DNA of 64,000 nt. It comes from an uncultured Gemmatimonadales bacterium (GTDB lineage Bacteria > Gemmatimonadota > Gemmatimonadetes > Longimicrobiales > RSA9). The notes under the pieces are model-generated. The model was not told the DNA's origin, ran no database searches, and was given only the letters and a program-made list of their open reading frames with translations. The stretch is from assembly GCA_963741945.1 (NCBI GenBank), contig CAVUKA010000003.1, positions 529,051 through 593,050 of the forward strand. Reading direction: 5' to 3'. A program made the translations under genes and the position numbers. Below are positions 37,398-50,513 of the stretch, piece by piece (positions within the stretch are counted from its first letter, which is position 1; the number at the start of each line of letters is the position of its first letter).

Positions 37398-39796
37398 TCA
37401 CGGCGGGCCGCCGGTCACGGCCACGGCGTGGTCCTTGCCCTCCCAGCCGCCGTCCGCCCGGCGGGACGTGAAGCGGAGCGGCGCCCGCTGGCCGGTACGG
37501 GTGGGGAGGTCCACGTAGCCGATGCCGAGCCCGGTGTCCGTGGCGGCGGTGTCGTGGGCGGTGGCCCAGTCATCGTCGCTCCAGCGGAGGGTGAACGTGC
37601 CGGGCACCTGAACGCGCAGCGTGGTCCCGGCCGCGACGGCGCGTACCCGCCGGTTCGGCTTCCAGACCTCCAGCGCGTGCACGTCGCGGCGCGCCCCGAG
37701 ATAGCGGTCGGCCACGGGCGGAAGCCGATCCCAGACGGCCCCGTCCGCAGCGGAGCGGAGCAGCTTCACGTATTCGGCGTGGGCCCACATGAGCGGCATG
37801 GCGGCGCCCGTCGGGCGGCCGAGGAACATGTGCGCTCCGGGGAGGTCGGGCGCGTCCCACACCTGCTCCGCGAGCAGCCCGCTGTCCGTGGCGAACCACT
37901 CCAGGGCCCGCAGGAAGGGGCCCGGGTCGCGGCCGGCGGCCAGCTCGTAGTGGCCGCGCTCGCCCGTGAGGAGCGGCCAGGCGCGGCCCCGCCCCCAGCC
38001 GTCGAACGCGCTGCCGTCCTCGCGCTGGCCGTAGCCGTCGTGGTTGTAGCGGCGCCACACGGGGCCGCCCGGCGTCTGAACGCGGAGCACGGCGTCCACC
38101 ACGGCCAGCGAGCTCTCCATGAGCTCGGTCCCTGCGGCGCGGATCCCGTAGCGCACGAGGTCCAGGAATCCGGCGTCCACGATGTCGCGGGCCGGGAAGA
38201 CGGCGCGCTGCCCCGGAGCCCGGTTGGCGATGCGGAGTTCTCCCCGGTCCTTGTCCTCGCTCGGCGCGACGTCGTCCACGGTCACCGGGAGGATCCGGAT
38301 GTAGTGCCGGGGCACGCCGGTGAGGAGGGAGCCCGCTGTGGTGACGGTCCACCGCTCGACGTGGGTCTCGAGGAAGTCCGCGTACTCCAGGAGGAAACGG
38401 GCGGTGCCGAGATTGCCGGAGTCCCGGGCGAAGTCGGCAGCGCAGACCAGCGCGGCGATGTTCGATGCCAGCGTCGCGGGGGAATACCCACCCACCTCCT
38501 CCCAGCGGTCCTGCTCGGTGGCGGGGCCGTGGCGCACGAGGTAGGCGGCGGCGCGCAGGACCATGAAGGACGGGTCGAAGTCGTCCAGTGCCCCCACCTG
38601 CCGGAGGCGCCAGGCCAGGAGGATCGGGAACGCGACCTCGTCCAGCTGGATGCCCTGCCAGTACGGCTCGCCATCGATCCAGAAGTTCTGCGGGAAGCCG
38701 CCGTCCGCGCGCTGGGCCACGCACAGGTAGACCAGCGCCCGGCGCGCGATCCCGGTCAGCCCGGCGGCCATGAGGGCGCCGGCGCTGTTCACCATGTCGC
38801 GGGTCCAGACCAGATGGTAGCCGCCCTGGTCGTCGTCGCTCCGCACTTCGCCCCACGGAATGGAGAGCGACGCGATGAGGGCACCGGGGAACGTCTTGTC
38901 CTCGTGGGCGAGGAGCAGGCTGGCGCTGCGGCGGTAGAGGTGCCCTGCGTCGCCCGCGGCTGCATCGAGCGGCGTCAGGCGCGGGTCCGATCCGCTCCCA
39001 CTGCTCCAGGAAGCGCGCCAGCTGCTGCTCGAACGGCGTGGCCAGAGCTTCCAGGAGCGTGGTGGCCGCGCTCTCCTTCGAGTGGCCGAACGCCAGCGCG
39101 AGGGTGAACGCGGTAGTGGCGCCCGCGCTCACTTCTCCGGTGAGCGCCACGTTCCCGTCCGGCGCGCCCTCGAAGTGCCAGGCCATGGTGCGGTGGGCGT
39201 GCAGGTCGGTCCAGCCGTCGCTGGCGCCCACGTACCCGCACGACGCCTCGCCAAAGCCACCGGTCACGCCCAGCGCCATCCAGACGCCCCCCTTCTCGGC
39301 CGTGAGCACACGGCGGCCGGCCACTTCCTCCACGCGCGCGTTGTTGCCCCAGCCACCCACCTGGAGGTGCGGTGCCGCGAGGGCGTAGACGCGGAGCGTG
39401 GCGAGGAGGGCGGTATCGCCGGTGAAGCGGACGTGCTGGAGCACGCACGGCTGGTGCGGGTCCGTGATCACGTCCTTCTCGATGGCGTAGCGCCCGCCGG
39501 GCTCCTCGTTGACGACGTGGAAGGCGAGGGCGTGGGGGGAGGCGGCGGTGGTGGTGGAGCGGAGGTCGCGCTTCTCGTCGTGGAAGAAAGTCTCGCCATC
39601 GGTGACCAGGAGCTGCAGGTCGCGCAGCTGCGGCCGGTCCACCGTGGGGTAGTAGACTTCCGTCACCACGCCGTTCCAGAGAGTGAGCCAGATGCGGGAG
39701 GCGCTGTTGTACGCGGTGCCGACGGCGTCCTTGCCGCCGTGCGTCCAGCGCGGCTCGATGCCCGGCGCCCCGAACGCAGTGCCTCCCGCGCCGACG

Positions 39797-39804
<8 letters not shown>
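37398..39804 (-). pseudogene. GH15 glucoamylase-family gene interrupted by a +1 frame change near 38975-38990
   Basis: The N-terminal ~274 codons (frame of track ORF 37570..39804: [33 protein letters not shown]...LARFLEQWERIGPA) degenerate into Arg/Pro noise. The other frame reads LTPLDAAAGDAGHLYRRSASLLLAHEDKTFPGALIASLSIPWGEVRSDDDQGGYHLVWTRDMV and runs to the stop at 37398. Total length is 3n+1. Confidence 0.75.
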
Positions 39805-41821
<2,017 letters not shown>

Positions 41822-41825
41822 CGAT

Positions 41826-42851
41826 CTATCCCGCTCTTTCGATTCCCTGTTCCATGAGCCATTCCCGGGCGAACGCGGCCGCGCCGATGGCCCCACTCTC
41901 CGAGCCGAGGGCGGTGCCCGTCACACGGAGGCCGCCGGCCGCCGCCTTCAGCGCTCGCTCGCGCACGATCTCCCGCACCCGGTCCACGTAGAACGGAGCA
42001 TTCTGCACGATCCCGCCGCCCAGCACCAGCGCGCACGGATTGAACCCGTTGACCACGCCCACCAGACCCGCGCCCAGGATGTCCGCCGTCTCGTCCACCA
42101 GTCGCGTGGCCAGCGGGTCGCCGTCTTCCCGCGCTTCGTGCACGGTCTCCGCCGTGATCGCCGACGCATCGCCCGCCCGGCGAACGAGTTGCTCGCCGGC
42201 GTCCGGATCGGCCGCCACGGCCTCGCGGGCGCGCTCGGCGATGGCCCAGCCGCCGGCGTACGCCTCCAGGCAGCCGTGATTCCCGCACCGGCACGTTCGT
42301 CCGCCGGCCAGCACCGTGATGTGCCCCAGCTCGCCGGCCATGTTCGTGCACCCGGTGAGCATGCGACCTCCGCTCACCACGCCCCCGCCGATCCCGGTCC
42401 CCACGAAGACCACGACCAGGTCGTCCACGCCCGCGCCCGCGCCGTGCCGCCACTCGCCCCACGCCGCCGCCTGCACATCGTTGAGCACGGCCACGGGCAG
42501 GTCCAACGCATGCTCGAGGGTCGAGCGCAGCGGGGCGTCCCGCCAGAACAGGTTGGGGGCGTACGACACCACTCCGGTGACGGCAGCGACCTGACCGGCG
42601 ACGCCGATGCCCACACCGGAAACGGCCATCCCGCCCGCCCGCCCGATGCACGCCTTCACCGCGCCCGCGATTTCCCCGACCACACCGTCGAAGCCATCGG
42701 CCACGTCCGTGGGGCGACGCTCGGACGCGACGACGCGGCCGGAAGGATCCACCAGGGCCGCCAGGACCTTCGTTCCGCCGAGATCCACGCCGACGGTGAG
42801 CGGGGCCGGGCCCGAAGCCCCGGCCGGGGTGTCTGCGGGTGCCATCGTCAT
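41826..42851 (-). CDS. ROK-family sugar kinase (glucokinase-like, no HTH)
   Basis: [17 protein letters not shown] and the zinc motif [15 protein letters not shown]. Start at ATG 42851 (or 42845). Confidence 0.8.
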   Translation of the reverse strand: MTMAPADTPAGASGPAPLTVGVDLGGTKVLAALVDPSGRVVASERRPTDVADGFDGVVGEIAGAVKACIGRAGGMAVSGVGIGVAGQVAAVTGVVSYAPNLFWRDAPLRSTLEHALDLPVAVLNDVQAAAWGEWRHGAGAGVDDLVVVFVGTGIGGGVVSGGRMLTGCTNMAGELGHITVLAGGRTCRCGNHGCLEAYAGGWAIAERAREAVAADPDAGEQLVRRAGDASAITAETVHEAREDGDPLATRLVDETADILGAGLVGVVNGFNPCALVLGGGIVQNAPFYVDRVREIVRERALKAAAGGLRVTGTALGSESGAIGAAAFAREWLMEQGIERAG

Positions 42852-42982
42852 TCGGCCCCGGAGCGGGGCATCACCTGGGCGTCGCCGGACATGTCGCGCA
42901 TCGCCGGGCAACATGGTCGCGCGCGCCTCGCTGAGCAACGGTCGGGGAGGCTGTCCGTCCCGCGCGGGCGGGCGGGAAAGCT

Positions 42983-43001
42983 CGTTCCCCGGCAGGGAAC
43001 G
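42983..43001. promoter_or_regulatory. Perfect 7-5-7 inverted repeat CGTTCCC-CGGCA-GGGAACG in the divergent region upstream of the sugar/PPP operon
   Basis: Read directly from the sequence. Lies 132 nt upstream of the kinase start and 57 nt upstream of the cytochrome c ORF. Confidence 0.3.
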
Positions 43002-43057
43002 GTACTTGCCCCTCCCGGAGAACCGCCATCAGAGGCGCTCACCAGAAAGAACAAAGG

Positions 43058-43734
43058 ATGGATCCGATGAGAGCACGATCACAGTCCGCCCGAGCGGGGC
43101 GGTTGTCCCGGGGACTGCGAGGCATGAGCGGAAAGGCAGTGGCAGGGGTGGTGATCGTGGCCGCGTGGACGGCGGCCTGCGGGGGCGCCGGGGACTCCCA
43201 GGCGTCGGAGGAGGGAGCACCGGTGGTGGAGGAAGAAGGTGTGCTGCCGCAGGCGACGGCCGAGAACGCTCCCGGCAGGCAGGTCGACTCCTCGCCCGCA
43301 GCGACCACGTCGGAGGCGGGGCGGGAGGAATGATGGGCGGCCAGATGGGGGCGATGAACGGCGAGGCGATGGGTGGGCAGGCCTCGTCGGGATCCGCGTC
43401 GCAGCCGCAGGCGGCGACGGCGGCGGCCCAGGGGGGCTGCCCGAAGATCGATGACGCGCTCGTGTCCAAGGGCCGGACGATCTTCTCGGGAGCGGGGGGC
43501 TGCCACGCCTGCCACGGCCCGAACGCGAAAGGGACGCCGCTGGCACCGGACCTGACGGACAACACCTGGATCAACATCGACGGCTCCTACGCCGCCATTG
43601 ACCAGCTCGTCAAGACGGGTGTGCCCAACCCCAAGCAGCATCCGGCACCCATGCCGCCGAAGGGGGGCAGCAACATCTCGGACGCGGACGTGTGCGCCGT
43701 GGCAGCGTACGTGTACTCGCTGAGCCACAGCTGA
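43058..43734 (+). pseudogene. Lipoprotein cytochrome c paralog split across two frames at 43330-43333
   Basis: Frame A (43058..43333) encodes a signal/lipobox (AVAGVVIVAAWTAACGG) plus linker, then TGA. Frame B (ATG 43330..43734) encodes the haem domain (CHACH; KTGVPNPKQHPAPMPPKGG) with no signal peptide. The intact paralog at 32927..33493 carries both parts in one frame. Confidence 0.6.
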
Positions 43735-43772
43735 CCGGGTAGGCGACGGAGGGCCTGGCCGGAGCGGGCGGC

Positions 43773-46700
43773 TCACTCCGCGTCCGCCCGCCAGCTCTCC
43801 CCGCGGATGGCCACGACGAACGTGGGCACGAGGAACAGCGTGATGGGCGTGGAGAGGGCGAGCCCACCGATGACGGCCAGGGCGAGCGGCCGCTGGAGCT
43901 CCGCGCCGGCGCCCAGACCGAGGGCGAGCGGGAGGAGCCCGAACAGGGTGCAGAGCGTGGTCATGACGATGGGGCGGAGTCGCACGCGCGCGGCCTCGCG
44001 GATGGCGACGCCCAGCGGTTCGCCGAGCAAGCGCATGCGGTGGCGCGTGAAGTCCAGCAGGATGATGCCGTTCTTCACGATGAGCCCCACGAGCAGGATC
44101 ATGCCCATGAACGAGGACACGTTCAGCTCGGTGCCCGTGACCAGGAGGAGGGTGACGGCGCCCACGAAGCTGAGCGGGGCGGCCAGGATGATGACGAGGG
44201 GCTCCACGAACGACTGGAACTGGATCAGCATGACGGCCATCACCGAGAGGCCGGCGAGGAGCAGCACGAGGATGAGGCTGTGAAAGGCTTCCTGCTGCCC
44301 CTGGTACTGCCCGCCCAGCTCCAGCCGCACGCCGGCGGGCGGCGGGTTGGCGGCAATGACGCGGCGCACATCGGCCATCACTTTGCCCAGGGCGCGCCCT
44401 TCCACGCCCGCGGTGACGGCGATCATCTGCCGCTGGTTCTCCCGCTCCAGGGACGCGGGTGACGCGGTGTCGGAGAGCGTGGCCAGCGCGCTCAGTGGCG
44501 TGGCGCGGCCGCCGGCGCCGTAGATCGGGAGCCTGCCGAGCGCGGCGGGGTCGTAGCGGAACGCGTCCGGCGCGCGGACGCGGATGTCCACCGTGCGCTC
44601 GTCCGTCCGCACCTGGCCCGCGCCCACGCCGAGGAGTGCGGCCGCCGCCTGCTGCGCCACGGCCTCGGGCGTGAGGCCGATGCGCTCGGCGGCCGCGGGA
44701 CTCACGCGCATGAGAAGCTCCGGCGCGGGGTCGGGGACGCCGTCGTAGAGGTCGACGAGGCCGGCGACGGGCTCCAGCTTCGGCGCCAGCTCCCGGGCGT
44801 ACGCCTGGAGCGCGGCGAGGCGGTCGCCGAACAGCTTGATCTCCAGCGGATTCGGGCTCCCGGCCAGGTCGTTGATGAGGTCCGTGAGCACCTGGACGAA
44901 CTCGATGTCCATGCGCGGCACCGCGCGCTCCGCCTTCGCCCGCACCTCCTCCATGACCGCGAAGATGCTGCGGGAGCGATGGCTCTCCGGCTTCAGTCGG
45001 GCGACGATGTCGCCGCTGTTCTGCTCCGTGGCGAACATCCCCATCTCCGCCCCCGTCCGCCGCGACGTGGCCACGATCTCGGGCGTGGCCATCATGATCC
45101 GCTCCACGACGTGCAGCTGCCGGTCCGTCTCGGCGAGCGCGGTGCCCGTGGGCGTCAGGTAGTCGAACACGAACGCGCCCTCGTCCATGATCGGGAGGAA
45201 CCCGGTGCCCACGAACCGCTGCGCGCCCCAGCCCGCCACCACCAGCAGCACGGCCAGCGCAATCAGCGCGCGCCGGTGGCGCAGCACCCGGTCCAGCGCG
45301 CGGGCGTACGCGTCGGTGAGGCGCTGGACGCCGTGTCCCAGGCGGCGGGAGGCGCGGTGGAAGAAGCCAGCTTCGCCCGGCGTCGCCTGCTCCGGGCCTT
45401 CCCCCTCGAACGCCTCCTCCACGTCCTCGGCGCGCACGAGCTGCTCGGCGAGGAGCGGGACGAGGGTGAGCGCGAGGGCGAGCGAGACCATGACGGCCAT
45501 GGCCAGGGTGAAGGAGAGTGCTGCGAAGAACTGGCCGACCACGCCCTGGAGGAGCACGAGCGGGAGGAAGACCACCACGGTGGTGAGGGTGGACGTGGTG
45601 ACGGGCCAGACCAGCTCGGCCACGGCGTCGCGGATGGCCACGCGCCGCTCCGGCTGGAGCGCCAGGTGGCGGGCGATGTTCTCGGTGACCACCACGGCAT
45701 CGTCGATGACGAGGCCGATGGCGATGGCCATGCCGCCCAGGCTCATGAGGTTGAACGTGCGCCCCATGAGCTTCATGCCGAACACGGTGATGGCCATGGT
45801 GAGGGGGATGGCCAGGGCGCTGATGGCGGTGATGCGGGCGTCGCGGAGGAACGCCAGGAGCACCACCACGGCCAGGAGCGCGCCGATGAGCATGGCATCG
45901 CGCACGGAGCCCACGGCCTCGCGCACCAGCGACGCCTGGTCGTAGACCACTTCCACGCGCACGCCCGTCGGCAGCGACGGGGCCAGCGCGCGCATCGTGG
46001 CGGCCACGCTGTCGGCCACTTCCAGCGTGCTCCCGCCCGCCTGCCGCGAGATGTTGATGAGCGCGGCCGGCTGGCCATCGCCGCGGATCAGGCTGACGCG
46101 CTCGGCGGTCCCGAGGCGCACGTCCGCCACGTCGCGCACCCGGAGCCCGCCCGGGAGCACCACGGCGCCGATGTCCGCGGCGTCGTGGGCCTCGCGGTCC
46201 ATGAGGACCAGGTACTGGAGGTAGTCCTGGTCCGCGCGCCCCACGGGGTGGACGCCCAGGGCGGCGTCGATGGCATCGGCCAGGGCGGCATACGACAGAC
46301 CGGCGCCCGCGAGCTTCCCGGGGTCGGCCACCACCTCGTACTCCCGCACGTCGCTGCCCTGCACCTCGACGCGGCCCACGCCCGGGATGCCGGCCAGCGC
46401 CGGGCGGATGCGGTAGCGCGCGATGTCGTAGAGTGCCCCGGCGTCGTCGCCCCCGAGGACGTTGTAGGTGATGATGGGGAAGAGGGACGGCAGCATCCGC
46501 TCCGTCTCGACCTCCACCCCGGCGGGGAGCTCGGCCTGGACCTGGCCGATGCGGGACTCCGTGAGCTGGAGCGCCACCACCATGTCCGTGCCGGGCGCGA
46601 AGTAGACCGAGATCTCGCTGCCGCCACGGATGGTGCGGGAGCGGACGCGCTGCGCCCCCGGCACCACGCTCACCGCCTGCTCGATGGGGCGCGTGACGCT

Positions 46701-46883
46701 GAACATCTGCTGTCGCGTGCCCAGCGCGGTCCCCTTCGCCACGACGGTGATGCGCGGGAAGTTGAGCTCCGGGTAAATGGACGAGGGGAGGCGGAACATG
46801 GCCGCCACGCCCGCGGCGGTGAGCAGCGCCACGACCAGGTAGATGAACCGCCGCTGGGCGAGGAGGGTGTCGAAGGCTTTCAT
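43773..46883 (-). CDS. RND efflux transporter permease (AcrB/CzcA superfamily)
   Basis: 1036-aa ORF with a 12-TM pattern and two large periplasmic loops. N-terminus FIYLVVALLTAAGVAAMFRLPSSIYPELNFPRITV. Confidence 0.9.
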   Translation of the reverse strand: MKAFDTLLAQRRFIYLVVALLTAAGVAAMFRLPSSIYPELNFPRITVVAKGTALGTRQQMFSVTRPIEQAVSVVPGAQRVRSRTIRGGSEISVYFAPGTDMVVALQLTESRIGQVQAELPAGVEVETERMLPSLFPIITYNVLGGDDAGALYDIARYRIRPALAGIPGVGRVEVQGSDVREYEVVADPGKLAGAGLSYAALADAIDAALGVHPVGRADQDYLQYLVLMDREAHDAADIGAVVLPGGLRVRDVADVRLGTAERVSLIRGDGQPAALINISRQAGGSTLEVADSVAATMRALAPSLPTGVRVEVVYDQASLVREAVGSVRDAMLIGALLAVVVLLAFLRDARITAISALAIPLTMAITVFGMKLMGRTFNLMSLGGMAIAIGLVIDDAVVVTENIARHLALQPERRVAIRDAVAELVWPVTTSTLTTVVVFLPLVLLQGVVGQFFAALSFTLAMAVMVSLALALTLVPLLAEQLVRAEDVEEAFEGEGPEQATPGEAGFFHRASRRLGHGVQRLTDAYARALDRVLRHRRALIALAVLLVVAGWGAQRFVGTGFLPIMDEGAFVFDYLTPTGTALAETDRQLHVVERIMMATPEIVATSRRTGAEMGMFATEQNSGDIVARLKPESHRSRSIFAVMEEVRAKAERAVPRMDIEFVQVLTDLINDLAGSPNPLEIKLFGDRLAALQAYARELAPKLEPVAGLVDLYDGVPDPAPELLMRVSPAAAERIGLTPEAVAQQAAAALLGVGAGQVRTDERTVDIRVRAPDAFRYDPAALGRLPIYGAGGRATPLSALATLSDTASPASLERENQRQMIAVTAGVEGRALGKVMADVRRVIAANPPPAGVRLELGGQYQGQQEAFHSLILVLLLAGLSVMAVMLIQFQSFVEPLVIILAAPLSFVGAVTLLLVTGTELNVSSFMGMILLVGLIVKNGIILLDFTRHRMRLLGEPLGVAIREAARVRLRPIVMTTLCTLFGLLPLALGLGAGAELQRPLALAVIGGLALSTPITLFLVPTFVVAIRGESWRADAE

Positions 46884-47998
46884 GCGCCGGCGCTTCCGTC
46901 GCCCGCGGGGCCGCCGCCGTTCCCGGGCGGCCGGATGCGCGCGCCATCCGTGACGCCGTACGCCCCCTCCGTGACCACGGTCTCGCCGCCCTCGAGGCCG
47001 GAAACGATCTCCGCGCCCGTGTCGGACCGGCCGCCCACCACCACGGGCGTCGCGTGGGCGATCCCCTGGTCGTCCACCACGAACACGTGCGTTTCCCCTT
47101 CTCCCGGCACCAGCGCCGCGACGGGCACGACCACCGCGCCGCTGTCCACACCTACCGTGATCCGGCCCGCGACCATCTCGCCGGAGCGGAGCTGCCGGGC
47201 CGGGCGGTCGGGGACCACGCGCACCTGGACGCTGCCCGTGGCCGCGTCCACGGCCGCGCTCACACCCGTGACCGTGCCGCGCCCCAGCCGCGCGGGCGCA
47301 TCGCTGCCGGCGGCCGGGGCGGCGGCGGTCAGCTCCACGCCGGCGCCCGGCCGGACCCGGTCCGCATCGGACGGCGAGAGGCGGAAGACCACGGCAAGGC
47401 CCGAGGGCGCCACCACGTCCACCAGCGGCTGGTTGGCGTCCACCGCCTGCCCCAGCGCCACATCCACCGCCGTGACCACGCCCGCGATGGGCGACCGCAC
47501 GGTGGCCAGGTCCCGGTTCCGGCGCGCTTCCGCCACGGCCGCCCGGGCCTGCGCCAGGTCGGACTGCGCCGATTCCAGCTCCTTTCGCGGTGCGATCCCC
47601 TGGTCCACCAGCCGCTGCGCCCGCGCCTGCGCTTCCCTCGCCGATGCCAGCGCCGCCTGCGCCTGCGTCAGCTGCGGCCCGAACACCGACGCGTCCAGTC
47701 GCACCAGCGCCTGACCCGCCACGACCCGGTCGCCCGGCGTCACCAGCACCGCGGTCACCCGCGTGGGCGCCGGCGCCGCCGGTCGGGCTTCCGCGCCCGG
47801 CCCCGGCACCACCGTCCCGAGCGCGGTCAGCGTCAGCGGGAAATCCTCCACCCGGGCCGTGGACGTGGACGCTTCCACCACCGGCGCCTCACCCCCGCCG
47901 TCCTCTCCCGCGCCACCACCACGCGTGACCAGGAATGCGATGAGGGCCACCACGGCCACGGCCGCCACGATCAGACCCCACCGGCGGGCCGCGCTCAC
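46880..47998 (-). CDS. RND efflux periplasmic adaptor (membrane fusion protein)
   Basis: Start set at GTG 47998 (GTGA overlap). Single TM, a coiled-coil segment AQAALASAREAQARAQRLVDQGIAPRKELESAQSDLAQARAAVAEA, then VRSPIAGVVTAVDV. Confidence 0.8.
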   Translation of the reverse strand: MSAARRWGLIVAAVAVVALIAFLVTRGGGAGEDGGGEAPVVEASTSTARVEDFPLTLTALGTVVPGPGAEARPAAPAPTRVTAVLVTPGDRVVAGQALVRLDASVFGPQLTQAQAALASAREAQARAQRLVDQGIAPRKELESAQSDLAQARAAVAEARRNRDLATVRSPIAGVVTAVDVALGQAVDANQPLVDVVAPSGLAVVFRLSPSDADRVRPGAGVELTAAAPAAGSDAPARLGRGTVTGVSAAVDAATGSVQVRVVPDRPARQLRSGEMVAGRITVGVDSGAVVVPVAALVPGEGETHVFVVDDQGIAHATPVVVGGRSDTGAEIVSGLEGGETVVTEGAYGVTDGARIRPPGNGGGPAGDGSAGA

Positions 47999-49248
47999 GG
48001 CTGCACCCCCGTCGCGCGCGCCAGGGCAAGCGCGGCGCTCGCGGTGCGCAGCGCGACGACGTCTTCCAGCACCTGCCGCTGGGCGTCCCGGGCGCTCCGC
48101 TGCGCTTCCAGCACGCTCGCCAGCGGGTACGCCCCCTCTTCGTAGGCGGCCACCGACAGCCGGGCAACGCGCTCGGCGCTGTCGAGCGCCTGCCGGTCCA
48201 CGGCCAGGCGGGAGCGGGCCAGGTCGCTGCCTCGCGACGCGGTCGCCACGGACAGCTCGGCGTCGCGCCGGGCGCCGGCCAGCTCGGCGGCGGTGCGGTC
48301 CGCTTCGGCGCGGGCGGCGGCCACGGCCCCGCCGTTCCGGTTGAACAGGGGGATGGGGAGGCTCACGCCGAACGTGGGCAGCAGCCCCGGCTCGTCGGGG
48401 GCGCCCTGCTCCACGCCCAGCCGCACCGCGGGCGCCGGGAACCGGCCGCGACGCGTCGAGGCGAGGCGGGCCAGCGCGGCCTCCCGCTCCGCAGTGGCGG
48501 CCGCAAGGGCGAGGGCGGTGTCCGGCGGGGCCTCGGCCGCTGTGGTCGCGGCCGCGGCGGGCGCGGGCGTCGTCGCCTGATCGAGGGTGTCCACGGCGAT
48601 GATCCGGATCGAATCCACCGGCAGTCCCATGAGGCTCTGCAGCTCCAGCGTTGCGGTGAGCGCGGTCAGCGAATCGGAGAGGAAGGAGGAGCGGAGGTGG
48701 CCGGCGCTGACGCGGGCGAGGTCGACGTCCAGGTCGCTTGCATCGCCGGCGTCGCGACGCCGCTCGGTGACCCGAACCAGGCGGTCGCCCTCCTCCACCT
48801 GCCGGGCCGCCAGCGTGGCCACCTGCCGGCCCGCCGCCGCCTCGGCGTACGCCCGGGTGACGTCGTAGCGCACGCGGGCGCGCTCCACGGCCAGCCGGAG
48901 CGACGCCGCGGCCGCACCCGACCGCGCGCCATGGATCCGGGGTCCCCGCACCCACGGGTACTCGAACGGCTGTTCCAGGACCACGTGGTAGTGCGGCGCG
49001 TCCCTGGTGTAGTCCGCCGCCAGGTCCGGGTTCGGCCACTCCCGGGCCGTCCGCAGCCCGGCCCGCGCCATCCCGGAGTCCGCGCGGGCGACGGCGAGGC
49101 CGGGCGAGCCGGCGAGGGCCGCATCCACGGCCTGGGCCAGGGTGACCGGGCGCTGGGCCGCGGCGGATGATGCGGCGGCCAGCACGAGGGTGGCCACGGC
49201 GATGACTGCGGAGCCGACCGGCGCCGGCCGGCGGAATCGTCGTCTCAC
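47995..49248 (-). CDS. TolC/CzcC-family outer membrane efflux protein
   Basis: 417-aa ORF. Signal peptide, VTLAQAVDAALAGSPGL, and repeated helical halves. Confidence 0.8.
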   Translation of the reverse strand: MRRRFRRPAPVGSAVIAVATLVLAAASSAAAQRPVTLAQAVDAALAGSPGLAVARADSGMARAGLRTAREWPNPDLAADYTRDAPHYHVVLEQPFEYPWVRGPRIHGARSGAAAASLRLAVERARVRYDVTRAYAEAAAGRQVATLAARQVEEGDRLVRVTERRRDAGDASDLDVDLARVSAGHLRSSFLSDSLTALTATLELQSLMGLPVDSIRIIAVDTLDQATTPAPAAAATTAAEAPPDTALALAAATAEREAALARLASTRRGRFPAPAVRLGVEQGAPDEPGLLPTFGVSLPIPLFNRNGGAVAAARAEADRTAAELAGARRDAELSVATASRGSDLARSRLAVDRQALDSAERVARLSVAAYEEGAYPLASVLEAQRSARDAQRQVLEDVVALRTASAALALARATGVQP

Positions 49249-50513
49249 GCGTCCTCCAGGGGTAACGTGACGCGGGCGAGGGTGCCGCCGGCGGTCGAGC
49301 GCTCCAGCTCCACGGTGCCGCCATGGGACGCGGCGATCCAGCGGGCGATGGGGAGGCCGAGTCCGGCGCCGGAGCCGCGGCCGCGGGCGGGGTCACCGCG
49401 GTAGAAGCGCTCGAAGACGCGGGCGAGGACCTGGTCGGAGATGCCGGGGCCCTCGTCTTCCACTTCCACCAGGCCACGACCCTCCACGCGCCTCGCCCGC
49501 AGCCGGATGGTGCCGCCGGCCGGGGTGAATTTTATGGCGTTGTCCAGCAGGATCATGAAGAGCTGGTGCAGCAGGTCGGGATCGGCCGTGGCGGCGAGCT
49601 CCTCGAGGGCGTCCACTTCCAGGGCCACGCCCCGCTCCCGCGCCAGCACCCGCGCCGACGACGCGGCGTCCAGCAGCACGTCGTCCACGAACAGGGACTC
49701 GCGCCGCTCCGGCCATGCCCCGGCCTCGGCCGTGGCCAGCGTCAGGATGTTGGCGAGGATTCCGCTCAGCCGCTCCGTCTCCGCGCGGATGGAGCGGAGC
49801 GTCTCCGCGTAGTCGTCCCCGGAGCGGGGCTGCCGGAGCGCCACATCGGCGTGCCCCTGCACCACGGAGACGGGCGTGCGGAGCTCGTGGGCGGCATCGG
49901 CCATGAACCGCCGCATGCGGGAGAACGCCTCGTCCACGGGCTGGATCGAGCGCATGGCCAGCACCCACCCGCCGATGCCGGCCAGCAGCAGCGCGGCGGC
50001 GGCCGCTGCCGCGAACGCCGCCACGAGTCCCGGATACTGGTGGTCGATCTCCAGCGCCTCGCCCGAGGCCACCACGATCCGCGGCTCGCCGCCATCCAGC
50101 GACACGGGCGCGGCGAACGCTCTCGCCGTCCTTCCCTCCGGCAGGTCCACCTCGGCCTCGCGAGCGCCACCGCCGGCCGCCACCGCGCGCGCCAGATCCC
50201 GCACCCAGGCGCTGGCGGTGTCGGGGTACAGCAGCGCCGCATCGGGGCCGAACAGGTAGAGCGACCGGTCGGGGATGCGCAGCTCGTCCAGCGCGTCCAC
50301 CTGCCCCGGCCCCGGCGCACCCTCTCGCGCCCGGATGTCGGCGGCGGCCACGAGGGCGTCCGCCGCGGCGTGGAGGGAGCGGTCCAGCTGCCGCGACGAT
50401 TCCCGCGCGACCACCCAGAGCAGCGCGCTGCCGAACCCCAGCAGGAGGATGGCGAACACGCCGATGTACCAGGCGGTGAGCCGGAGCCGGAGCCGGCGGA
50501 GCCCCTCGATCAC
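49245..50513 (-). CDS. Sensor histidine kinase (2 TM, HAMP, HisKA, HATPase; CusS/BaeS-like)
   Basis: Start set at GTG 50513 (GTGA overlap). FMADAAHELRTPVSVVQGHADVAL, LLDNAIKFTPAGG, DEGPGI, GAGLGLPIARWIA. Confidence 0.85.
   Translation of the reverse strand: MIEGLRRLRLRLTAWYIGVFAILLLGFGSALLWVVARESSRQLDRSLHAAADALVAAADIRAREGAPGPGQVDALDELRIPDRSLYLFGPDAALLYPDTASAWVRDLARAVAAGGGAREAEVDLPEGRTARAFAAPVSLDGGEPRIVVASGEALEIDHQYPGLVAAFAAAAAAALLLAGIGGWVLAMRSIQPVDEAFSRMRRFMADAAHELRTPVSVVQGHADVALRQPRSGDDYAETLRSIRAETERLSGILANILTLATAEAGAWPERRESLFVDDVLLDAASSARVLARERGVALEVDALEELAATADPDLLHQLFMILLDNAIKFTPAGGTIRLRARRVEGRGLVEVEDEGPGISDQVLARVFERFYRGDPARGRGSGAGLGLPIARWIAASHGGTVELERSTAGGTLARVTLPLEDA

Noticed and set aside
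43320-43336. prfB-style programmed frameshift (SD-like GGGAGG followed by an in-frame TGA) at the cytochrome c split
   Set aside because: The downstream frame is -1/+2 relative to the upstream frame, not +1, and there is no slippery heptamer. A mutation, an indel or two cistrons are simpler explanations.
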